Of a stretch of 64,000 nucleotides of DNA, positions 1-8,195 are shown piece by piece. The translations under genes were made by a program, and so were the position numbers. The notes beneath the pieces are model-generated. The model made no database searches. It was given only the letters and a program-made list of their open reading frames with translations, and had not been told where the DNA came from. Source of the stretch: Myxococcota bacterium (GTDB lineage Bacteria > Myxococcota_A > Bradymonadia > UBA7976 > UBA1532); contig JAYZEG010000069.1 in assembly GCA_036337435.1 (NCBI GenBank), forward strand, positions 14,893 to 78,892, read 5' to 3'. Within the stretch, counting starts at the first letter, position 1. Every line of letters starts with the position of its first letter.

Positions 1-806
1 GCTGAATCGAAGTCGAGATGGCACCCCTCGTAAATGGCCTGTACAGCTGCTTCTGGCGCTCGGAAGGCACCCTTTGTTTTCTTGACCAACATGGCTGCAC
101 CGCCTGCGAATAGCTGGCGACCCATTGCCGAGTCTGGTTGGACCCCACCCGGAAACAGAAATGTTGATTCATCCCAGGGCTGCTTTGTTTTTGGACGGTT
201 CTGAATCCAAGCCGTTGCCATTTCAAAGACGTCAGCCTGTGTGTTTGCGAGCTCGTCGATCAACCCTTTCGATAATGCTTTCTTTGCGCGAAGCACCTGG
301 CCCTGAGCAATCACTTCAAGGGCGGGTTGCAGGCCAATGAGTCGGGGCAACCTTTGGGTTCCTCCGCCGCCTGGGATAAGACCAAGGTTCACTTCCGGCA
401 GTCCAATTTGCACCGACGGTGTATCCACCGCAATTCGATGGTGACATGCGAGTGCAAGTTCGTAACCTCCGCCGAGCGCCGACCCGGTCAATGCCGCGAC
501 CACCGGTTTTCCGCAGGTCTCGATCCGTCTTAAGTTGGCATGAAAAACGGCGATTGTCGTAGCCAATTGTTTCGGATCCCTCGCCTCATAGACATAGTCG
601 ATATCAGCACCGACACAGAAATCTTTGTGGGCACTGGCGATGATAATTCCTTTTAGGTCTTCGTATTTAAGTGCCGTTTCAAACGCGGGCTGAAACCCCT
701 CGCCGAAGGCCGGATTAATCTTATTGGCGCGGCCATCCATTTGCATCCAGATGGTCGCGATGCCCAGTTTCGAATCGAATTCGACTTTAAATTGCTCTTG
801 CATCAT
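1..806 (-). CDS. Fatty-acid oxidation complex alpha subunit (enoyl-CoA hydratase/3-hydroxyacyl-CoA dehydrogenase type), N-terminal part; the gene runs off the left edge
   Basis: Hand translation of the minus strand from ATG at 806 gives MMQEQFKVEFDSKLGIATIWMQMDGRANKINP...GKPVVAALTGSALGGGYELALACHHRIA...LPEVNLGLIPGGGGTQRLPRL, which are crotonase-fold motifs. The frame stays open to nt 1 (...APEAAVQAIYEGCHLDFDS). The start lies 8 nt after the thiolase stop. Confidence 0.85.
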   Translation of the reverse strand, partial: MMQEQFKVEFDSKLGIATIWMQMDGRANKINPAFGEGFQPAFETALKYEDLKGIIIASAHKDFCVGADIDYVYEARDPKQLATTIAVFHANLRRIETCGKPVVAALTGSALGGGYELALACHHRIAVDTPSVQIGLPEVNLGLIPGGGGTQRLPRLIGLQPALEVIAQGQVLRAKKALSKGLIDELANTQADVFEMATAWIQNRPKTKQPWDESTFLFPGGVQPDSAMGRQLFAGGAAMLVKKTKGAFRAPEAAVQAIYEGCHLDFDS

Positions 807-814
807 GGCCCCCT

Positions 815-2020
815 CTAAACACGCTCAATAATTGTCGCGATTCCCATTCCACCCCCAATACACAAAGTCACTAGGCCGGTCGTCAAGTCTCTCTCTTCGA
901 GTTCATCAAGGACCGTTCCCAACAACACCGCACCTGTTGCGCCCAAGGGATGTCCGAGCGCGATCGCACCACCATTGACATTAATTTTTGCTAAATCGAC
1001 CCCGAGCTCTTTGGCAAAGAAAAGCGGTACAGCCGCAAACGCCTCATTGACTTCGAATAGGTCGATGTCACCAATCTGCATGCCTGCCTTCCTCAAGACG
1101 CGCTGTGTCGCAGGAACAGGGCCCGATAGCATCAGAACCGGTTCATCACCGACCGACGCAAGGGCGCGAATTTTTGCTCTCGGGCGAAGACCATAATTGG
1201 CTTTTGCGGACTCATTACCGATCAGTACAGCGGCTGCGCCATCGACGATGCCACTGGAGTTCCCAGCCGTGTGGATGTGATTGATACGTTCCACGTGGGG
1301 ATACCGCTTCTGGGTCAGCGCATCGAGACCAAACTGGGTTCCCATCATTTCAAAAGCGGGTCGGAGTTGAGATAAGCTCTCTTCTGTTGTCTCCGGCCTG
1401 AGGTGTTCATCCTCATCGAGTAGAAGCAATCCATTTTGGTCATAGACCGGTTCGACACTTTGGGTGAAGGCACCACGGGCCTGGGCTTGGGCAGCTTTGC
1501 GTTGACTTCCAGCTGCGAACTTGTCCGCATCCTGGCGGCTAATGGCATTGAGTGTTGCCAATAGGTCCGCGCTGATCCCCTGTGGAACCGTCCCGTATTC
1601 GAATGCCATCGTCGGATCCCAAATTGCGCCACCATCGCTGCCCATTTGAACCCGAGACATACTCTCGACACCACCGGCGATAACCAGGTCACAAAAACCA
1701 GACGCAACTTTGGCGGCGGCACCGTTGACAGCTTCCAGACCGGACCCGCAAAATCGATTGAGAGTGACAGCGGGAACCGACTCATCGTAGCCCGCTTCGA
1801 GGACTGCGGTGCGTCCGATGCATGCCCCTTGTTCGCCGACCTGAGTGACGCATCCGATGGTGACATCGTCCAAAATAGACGTATTCAGCTCGGTTCGTCG
1901 TTGGAGTCCCCTGAGTGCCGTACCCAATAGGTCTACAGCTTTCACCGTGTGAAGACGGCCGTCTTTTTTGCCTCGCCCCCTCGGTGTCCTGACAGCATCA
2001 AAGATATACGCCCCAGACAT
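815..2020 (-). CDS. Acetyl-CoA acetyltransferase / 3-ketoacyl-CoA thiolase
   Basis: 401-aa ORF with thiolase signatures: active-site Cys context NRFCGSGLEA, and C-terminal NVNGGAIALGHPLGATG and CIGGGMG. Confidence 0.93.
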   Translation of the reverse strand: MSGAYIFDAVRTPRGRGKKDGRLHTVKAVDLLGTALRGLQRRTELNTSILDDVTIGCVTQVGEQGACIGRTAVLEAGYDESVPAVTLNRFCGSGLEAVNGAAAKVASGFCDLVIAGGVESMSRVQMGSDGGAIWDPTMAFEYGTVPQGISADLLATLNAISRQDADKFAAGSQRKAAQAQARGAFTQSVEPVYDQNGLLLLDEDEHLRPETTEESLSQLRPAFEMMGTQFGLDALTQKRYPHVERINHIHTAGNSSGIVDGAAAVLIGNESAKANYGLRPRAKIRALASVGDEPVLMLSGPVPATQRVLRKAGMQIGDIDLFEVNEAFAAVPLFFAKELGVDLAKINVNGGAIALGHPLGATGAVLLGTVLDELEERDLTTGLVTLCIGGGMGIATIIERV

Positions 2021-2222
2021 ACAATGCTCCTCTCTCGCTCATAGGGATTGAACTGCGTTGAAGATCCGTCAGCAGCTCAGATATCCCTTAAAATTCAGTA
2101 CTCGATTCTGAGTACGGCACACTACGATACGATCATCGGATGGTGACAAGTAAAGGGAATAATGAATCCTGGTTCAGTTTTGCTCCAGACCCTACGCTGG
2201 GTGAGACCAATCGGCCGTTAGA

Positions 2223-4496
2223 TCAGGGTGGGCCGCTTGAGGGGAGCCCCCCATCCATTTGCGAGTTCCTTCGTACGTATTGGCAGGAAAAATGGCGTGT
2301 GTCGAGAGGCTGAATGTTGTCCCCACAGAAGAAAGCGAGGCGCTCCTTGATTGCATCAAGCGCATCATTATGCCCGCTTCTAATAAATGCTTCAGCGGCC
2401 CTCAAAACATTAATGCGGGCCATCTGAGCTGCTGAAAAAGATGGGATTGCCAGTTGAGCAGAATAACACTTTGATGCCGATGCCCAATCATCAATACTGC
2501 TGTAGGCCAGTGCCTGCAAGGGGAGGTAATACCTGATGAGAGCTTGGCCTCCATACCCCCTAATAAAACTTTGAACGGCGAAATCCCCCTTTTCAATCCG
2601 GGGGGCTGTCATGAGCATGAATTCAAAAACGAGCGGCCTTAAATAGCGGGCTTGATTCGCAAGATGGGTTGTCGATTCCAGAAACGTAAAACACTGGTCT
2701 AACACGCTTTCATACTGACCCCTTTTCCAACTACGCAAGATTTTCACGTACTGGGCTGTGTGACGGACCCATTCAATTTTCGAGTTCATAGCCAGAGCCA
2801 AGTGTGCGTCGAGTAAGTGAGTCTCATCGCGCTCTAATTCACTCATCAGTAGGTGGATTCGAGCGAGGTCAGTGACGACGCCAGTTCCTTGATCGAGCAG
2901 CCGATTGAGATGTACCTGACTCTCATTGATTTGCCCAATGGACGCTAGGGCGACACTCAGGTAATAGGTCGCAGTCCATACATCATGCCGAGCAGTGTCT
3001 TGGCTTTTAACCTGCTGGAATCGACCATCTATGATCTGTTCCAGGACCGGTATTGCAGGCCGGTAATCCGGTTTTTTTGGATGACCTAGAATGGCTTGCT
3101 GCCATCTAAACGCGGCTCGCTGATGCAGGTGGGCGTACGTCAATGGTGTGTCAAGGCTTCGGCCCTTTTCGAGTTGATAGAGGCCTTTCTTGAGTTCGGG
3201 GAGGCTGTCACTCATCGGTCGAGATGCCAGACCAAAATCCGCATTGTAAGCCGAGAGGTGTGTCTTTGACCAGAGGACTCGATTATCAGTCCAACTGTGG
3301 GGGTTAAGTTGTCCCCGTGCCAGTTCGAGATGCCGTTTCGTAATCTCTACAAATTCATTGACCGCGATGGTTTGTTCCGGGCGGTGGCGATCCAATTGTC
3401 GCGTATGTGTTTGTCCAGCCGGTTTGTTGGCCAAGTCTTGTATGCGAGTCAACCCAATCACCGAAAGTGAAATTAGTCCGAGTCCAATGATATAGCTCCA
3501 ACGGGGGATCCATTGTGACTGATGTCCTTGAAAACGATTGTTCGACGGTGCGCGAGAGCCCATTGGGTCGGTTTTTCGATCCCGTACTGGAGCACCTTTG
3601 AATGTCATAGGGTCTCCAGATTCAACTTGTTGAATCATCGGTTTAGCGGTCTTAAGAGTGCGGATTTGGCTCAATCGACTGGCGAGTTGCCGTGCCGTGG
3701 TGAGCTGTCCATCTCCATTAACCTGCAGGAGGTCCAACAAAACGTCACTCAGGTGGTGACATTTTTCGCTCTCTGCGCCAAACCGCTTCCTCAATTTTGC
3801 ATTGAACGAGTCTACTTGGCCCAAGCCTGTTGCCGACTCACCGGTTAGGCACTGGTAAATCACAGTCCCTAGCCCGTAGAGGTCTACGCGTGCATCCTTA
3901 ATTGAATCCGATTGTGCTTGCCTATTCCTCGTATGCCCTAGGTTGGCTGATCCTTTTCTGGCGTATTGAAAGCCAAAGCCTTTGAGCGTTGCGCATAAAC
4001 CGTCTTCAGACTGTGTAATGATGATGTTTGCCGGGTTTATGTTTTGGTGAAGAATACCCAGTCGATGGCTTTCCTCCAGTGCGGAGCAAATATCCAGTGC
4101 GAGTTCGACACATGTGTCAAGGTCGATTTGATGGCTATCGAGATAGTCGGAGAGTGTAGGGCCATCCAGGGCTTCGCAGACAATGTATCTCAACCCATCG
4201 GCTAATCGGCCGTGGTCGAGTAGGGAAACCACGCGTTCATGGCGTAGCCGCGTCAATGCGGTCGCTTCAGATTCAAACCGCTGTACAAATTCGGATGTTG
4301 ATTCGTCTTGATGGCCAAAGACATGAACCACAACCAAGCGATCCAGTGCAACCTGTCGAGCTACGAAACTGCCATTGTTGACTGTATTGTCCAATGGACG
4401 TTCAACTCGATAGCGTTGTCCAATGAGTGTACCCGTCTCGATTTTGACGGCAGGCTGTGAGTCTCGGCCGGTGGTCATATTGCTTTGGGTCACCAA
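2223..4496 (-). CDS. Ser/Thr-kinase-like protein with degenerate catalytic motifs (predicted pseudokinase), one TM segment and a C-terminal helical/TPR-like domain
   Basis: 757-aa ORF (TTG at 4496; first ATG at 4478). The kinase fold is recognisable (IGQRYRVERPL..., FESEATALTRLRH, DLYGLGTVIYQCLTGE). However, the VAIK Lys is replaced (VVVHVF), HRDxKxxN reads HQNINPAN, and DFG reads GFG. TM segment: WSYIIGLGLISLSVIGL. Confidence 0.8.
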   Translation of the reverse strand: MVTQSNMTTGRDSQPAVKIETGTLIGQRYRVERPLDNTVNNGSFVARQVALDRLVVVHVFGHQDESTSEFVQRFESEATALTRLRHERVVSLLDHGRLADGLRYIVCEALDGPTLSDYLDSHQIDLDTCVELALDICSALEESHRLGILHQNINPANIIITQSEDGLCATLKGFGFQYARKGSANLGHTRNRQAQSDSIKDARVDLYGLGTVIYQCLTGESATGLGQVDSFNAKLRKRFGAESEKCHHLSDVLLDLLQVNGDGQLTTARQLASRLSQIRTLKTAKPMIQQVESGDPMTFKGAPVRDRKTDPMGSRAPSNNRFQGHQSQWIPRWSYIIGLGLISLSVIGLTRIQDLANKPAGQTHTRQLDRHRPEQTIAVNEFVEITKRHLELARGQLNPHSWTDNRVLWSKTHLSAYNADFGLASRPMSDSLPELKKGLYQLEKGRSLDTPLTYAHLHQRAAFRWQQAILGHPKKPDYRPAIPVLEQIIDGRFQQVKSQDTARHDVWTATYYLSVALASIGQINESQVHLNRLLDQGTGVVTDLARIHLLMSELERDETHLLDAHLALAMNSKIEWVRHTAQYVKILRSWKRGQYESVLDQCFTFLESTTHLANQARYLRPLVFEFMLMTAPRIEKGDFAVQSFIRGYGGQALIRYYLPLQALAYSSIDDWASASKCYSAQLAIPSFSAAQMARINVLRAAEAFIRSGHNDALDAIKERLAFFCGDNIQPLDTRHFSCQYVRRNSQMDGGLPSSGPP

Positions 4497-4533
4497 AAGG
4501 GTCGGGTCTTACGAAAACGTCTTTCGACGCAAG

Positions 4534-4797
4534 TTAAGCAGTCTTACGTCGACGCGCGATGACAAATAAAACGCCACCAACGATAAAACACGTCGCAGAC
4601 GCGCCACCATAAATATCTAGGCCGGGTTCAAACACGTCCACCCATTTGTCGGGAAGTGGGTCACCAAAGTCATCGGTCCCATCTTGTTTAACCAATTTCT
4701 GCGTTAACGTGGCCAGGTGTCGTGGCTCAGACAAAGCATACCAATAGGATAAGATGGCAAAACCGAGACCAAAAAGCACCAATGATGCTTTGTTCAT
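4534..4797 (-). CDS. Small two-TM membrane protein, family not recognised
   Basis: 87-aa ORF that starts with no gap after the YceI stop. It has two hydrophobic helices (LVLFGLGFAILSYWYAL; ATCFIVGGVLFVIA) and a basic tail RRRKTA. Confidence 0.5.
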   Translation of the reverse strand: MNKASLVLFGLGFAILSYWYALSEPRHLATLTQKLVKQDGTDDFGDPLPDKWVDVFEPGLDIYGGASATCFIVGGVLFVIARRRKTA

Positions 4798-5379
4798 TTA
4801 GTTCCCCTTACCCCTCAGCGATACCGTAATATCAATGGTCTTTCCCACTTTACTTCCAACGATGCCTGTTGCGCCTTCAACTTTGTAGTCAGCGAGCTTC
4901 ACTTGGAATTTTGACATGATTTTGTATTTGTCACCCTTCCACTTCACATCAGCCTTTGTCGAAATCGACTTTGTCACGCCATGGAGGCTCAGATCACCAT
5001 TTAAGGTCACCGTGCCGGTCGAGACGTCTTTGTCTTTTTTCAGTTCACCGTTTGCACTCGCAGATTTGATGACGAACGTGATCTCAGGGAATTGTTTTTC
5101 ATCGAGCCAAGTATCTGAACGTAGATGTTCATCCCGCTGGTCATTTCCTGTTTTCATTCCCGCTACAGAGACAGATGCTTTTCCGGTTATGGATCCCAGA
5201 CTTTGCTTATCGATATTGAACTCGCCTGTCGCGGGCGCGGTGCCTTCAATCCGTTCCATAGGCGCATCGCTGATAAATTGAATATTGCCCTTGAATTTGA
5301 TGGTCGTTGGTTGGGCCAGCACCGGTGAGAGCCCCATGAGAATTGATGCAGCTGAAAAGATTAAAACATTGAACTTCAT
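4798..5379 (-). CDS. YceI-like periplasmic (polyisoprenoid/quinone-binding family) protein
   Basis: 193-aa ORF with a signal peptide (MKFNVLIFSAASILMGLSPVLA) and a YceI-type core: MKTGNDQRDEHLRSDTWLDEKQFPEITF ... GDLSLHGVTKSI. Confidence 0.8.
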   Translation of the reverse strand: MKFNVLIFSAASILMGLSPVLAQPTTIKFKGNIQFISDAPMERIEGTAPATGEFNIDKQSLGSITGKASVSVAGMKTGNDQRDEHLRSDTWLDEKQFPEITFVIKSASANGELKKDKDVSTGTVTLNGDLSLHGVTKSISTKADVKWKGDKYKIMSKFQVKLADYKVEGATGIVGSKVGKTIDITVSLRGKGN

Positions 5380-5388
5380 AACGTTCCC

Positions 5389-6612
5389 CTAATGAAAGAT
5401 ATGCAATTGAACCGTTGTTTGACCGAAGATATAGCGGTCTGTTTTCGTTACGCGATATTCTGGACGAATCTCGACGCCCGGCATCAAAAAGAATTCAATA
5501 CCGCCAATGAATTGCCACGTGTTTGATTTTTGAATTGCGTCGGTGACACCTCGCTCGATCCGCAGTGCCGGCACCAACCAATCTTTGATGGCATAGGTTG
5601 TCGACAGGCTTATGCTGGAGTTCGAATAGCTCTCATTGCGTTCACTATGGGAGGCTTCCAATCGCGACTCCAGGCCATTTTGTAAGCCTGCTCCGACGAA
5701 CGCGTTCGCTATGTAGAACTCGTTGCTGCCGTAGATCGATGCACCCAACCATGTATTAATGCCGATTGGGGGTGATGGAGGAGGCGCGTCAAAGTCATCA
5801 AAATCATCATCGCTATCCTGCGCACCGCCCAAGGTAATTCGAGGCAGAAATGTGATGCGAACTGCGTAGGCGGCTGGCCACAGATCGGACGACTTGGTGC
5901 CTTGGTTGAGTGACTGGTCCAAGTTGTCAGTGTGAAATGCGCCTACTTCAGTTCTGAACCAGGACTTTGGCTGGTAGCCTATTTCACCGCCCCATTCGGC
6001 ATAATTGGGGGGGATGACAGGCTGACGTGGATAAGCTGCATCACCCCTGAGTAAGGTTGTATGGTCATCGGGTCGAATCCCGATATGGGGTTGCATCATT
6101 CCGGCTCGAGCGGACCAGCCGGTGTCGCTTTGTGCCTGAACAGAGAGTTCGAAACACGACATACCCGGAAAGACTGGATCGCACAATTTGCCATCATATG
6201 AGTTGGGCCCCGCATTGTAGCTCCCGGAGATGGTTACTCCATCGATGAGCGTAGCACCCGCGTTGATTTGAACTTGCATTGGAATGGCTTTTGGTTCTGG
6301 GATGGAGATGGATTCCTCACCCGATTGATTTCGCTCCCGGACCGGAATGCCAAAATGGGCATACTGAATTCTGATATTGTAGCCCATGGCCAATCGGTCT
6401 TCGACAACCTGATTGGAGTCAAATAGTCTAAAATCAAATGCCCCGGTTCGTCCCATTGAACCATATCCGACCTCGTTTCGAGCACCGCCGCCGGTCGGGC
6501 TAAAATGACAGGTAGCGCAGGGCGAACCAGCAGGCAATGCCATGCGTGGTGTCGCGTTGGCAACGGACACCAAACCGGTCAATAACCAGACGCAAATCCA
6601 AAGGATCTTCAT
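5389..6612 (-). CDS. Exported monoheme c-type cytochrome fused to a predicted outer-membrane beta-barrel (Cyc2-like cytochrome-porin architecture)
   Basis: 407-aa ORF with a signal peptide ending VSVANA. A single CXXCH (CATCH, residues 32-36, nt 6505-6519) follows. The rest is Gly/aromatic-rich alternating sequence ending ...TTVQLHIFH. ATGA overlap with the upstream Rieske gene. Confidence 0.65.
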   Translation of the reverse strand: MKILWICVWLLTGLVSVANATPRMALPAGSPCATCHFSPTGGGARNEVGYGSMGRTGAFDFRLFDSNQVVEDRLAMGYNIRIQYAHFGIPVRERNQSGEESISIPEPKAIPMQVQINAGATLIDGVTISGSYNAGPNSYDGKLCDPVFPGMSCFELSVQAQSDTGWSARAGMMQPHIGIRPDDHTTLLRGDAAYPRQPVIPPNYAEWGGEIGYQPKSWFRTEVGAFHTDNLDQSLNQGTKSSDLWPAAYAVRITFLPRITLGGAQDSDDDFDDFDAPPPSPPIGINTWLGASIYGSNEFYIANAFVGAGLQNGLESRLEASHSERNESYSNSSISLSTTYAIKDWLVPALRIERGVTDAIQKSNTWQFIGGIEFFLMPGVEIRPEYRVTKTDRYIFGQTTVQLHIFH

Positions 6613-7133
6613 GATGGCGCACTGTTGTCTGGGCTCTCTTCACCGACGAAGACGATTGCTCGATTGGCATTCGCATCAAATTCCACACGATACGAATCGA
6701 TCGCCTGGCCTGATAGAGACCCGGGCAGCGGCTGCCCTGATGCATCGAAGCGGGAACCGTGATGAGGACAGATAAGAGAATCATCAAACCAGACAGCTCC
6801 GATATTCGGCGACATTTCTAGCTGCTCATGTGGACAAATTCGATTGAGTGCGATGATTTCTGTTTGCGACGATCGAACCGCTACGAGTTGCCAAGCACCG
6901 TCTGTAACTTCCGCGATACCGCCGACAGCTTGAAGTGCATTATATTGGCTCGAGTTGAGGTCCAACTCAATTTCCCGATAGCCCAGATCACCGTAGACGT
7001 CGGCGAAAGTGCAGCCCGCTGACGACAGCAGAGCAAGACTGCATCCGCCTGCAATCGTGGTTCGAATGGCGTCTCGCCGTGTCGGTTGGAGAATCTCTAA
7101 CCCATCCTCATTTTTGCCCGATTTTTTGGCCAT
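6609..7133 (-). CDS. Tat-exported Rieske [2Fe-2S] protein
   Basis: 174-aa ORF with a twin-arginine leader (QPTRRDAIRTTIAGGCSLALLSSAGC). Rieske ligands are C100-P-H102 ... C122-P-H-H125 followed by GSRFD (nt 6759-6836). Confidence 0.85.
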   Translation of the reverse strand: MAKKSGKNEDGLEILQPTRRDAIRTTIAGGCSLALLSSAGCTFADVYGDLGYREIELDLNSSQYNALQAVGGIAEVTDGAWQLVAVRSSQTEIIALNRICPHEQLEMSPNIGAVWFDDSLICPHHGSRFDASGQPLPGSLSGQAIDSYRVEFDANANRAIVFVGEESPDNSAPS

Positions 7134-7191
7134 AATTACTCCCCGATCAGGCCTTGCTCTCTATTCATAGCAAAGATTTTCAGACTTGGAC

Positions 7192-8052
7192 TCAAGAAAC
7201 TGAATTGGTTCCCGTCGTTTTTCTCCAAGGTGGAGTCTGGCCGATGAGTTTTTCCAACTCTCGGTCGAATGGTTGATAAAATTCGCGGAGTCTTAACTCG
7301 ATTTCATCGGGCAGTGGTTCTGGTTTGAAGGGCAGTTGTCGCCCAAAACGCAGCAATCGCTTGATGAAGCTCGGCAGCAGGCGAGACAACCTCGGCCGGT
7401 GGAAAACAAATTTATAAAAGGGATTTTTGAACACCGACCGTGAATTGCGCGGTTTCAGATGAGCTGACACATCAACCGTATCGTCGATGCCAAGAAAGCG
7501 AAAGCATTGCTTGTAGACGCCGTGTGGGTCGTCTTTGAGGTCCGAAAACCAGAGAATGAGTAGGTTGTCTCGTTTGAAATGGGTCAAGAATCGCTTCAGG
7601 TAAATGCTGTAGCATCCTCGACTGAAATAGTTGGTGCGGCCTGCTTTGAAGACTTGGTGGATAGGCTTGCGCAGATGCTCTGCGAAAGAATGGCCTTCAG
7701 CCAACCATCGGCGATTGTCCCAATATTGTGAGTATGCTCGTTGGACAGGGTCTCTCAGAATCACGATCAGCTTCGCCTGTGGCAGGGCCCTCGCCAAACG
7801 TTCAGGTGAGCGCGGATGGCATAAATAGCCAGGGCTGGCCTCGCCGCATTTCTGACCCGGGTTGGCTTCCCTGAAATAGGACGAATAGTGATTAAGTCCT
7901 TTCTTAAACTCTCCATCTAGAAAAAAGAAATTGAGTTCCTTCTTCTCGGGTAAATAGAGGTCTGGATGTTGTCTCAGGACGTGCCAGAGACTTGACGTAC
8001 CGGCTTTCTGTGAGCCGATGATACAGAAATCTGGTAGGCGCGCATCACTCAT
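7192..8052 (-). CDS. PAPS-dependent sulfotransferase family protein
   Basis: 286-aa ORF with a 5'-PSB loop (IIGSQKAGTSSL) and a 3'-PB motif (ILRDPVQRAYSQYW). No signal peptide. Confidence 0.8.
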   Translation of the reverse strand: MSDARLPDFCIIGSQKAGTSSLWHVLRQHPDLYLPEKKELNFFFLDGEFKKGLNHYSSYFREANPGQKCGEASPGYLCHPRSPERLARALPQAKLIVILRDPVQRAYSQYWDNRRWLAEGHSFAEHLRKPIHQVFKAGRTNYFSRGCYSIYLKRFLTHFKRDNLLILWFSDLKDDPHGVYKQCFRFLGIDDTVDVSAHLKPRNSRSVFKNPFYKFVFHRPRLSRLLPSFIKRLLRFGRQLPFKPEPLPDEIELRLREFYQPFDRELEKLIGQTPPWRKTTGTNSVS

Positions 8053-8195
8053 AAGACCGGCTCTGTTCGTCCCTCAGGAATCAATGGTCTGATTTGGCTG
8101 AAAAGGTCGGTCCGGATTGACCATGGCTGAGTTGGCTCTAATGGTTTCATGTCAACGTCCGAAGTCTGGAGAAGTACATGGACCGGCTCTATCAC

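Noticed and set aside
125-533. Plus-strand ORFs of 71 and 68 aa at the left edge; also 1345-1866 and 1646-1930 within the thiolase gene, 22610-23113 and 23750-24253 within leuS, and 31575-32096 opposite putA.
   Set aside because: All are nested in or opposite strongly supported enzyme genes and have no motifs of their own.
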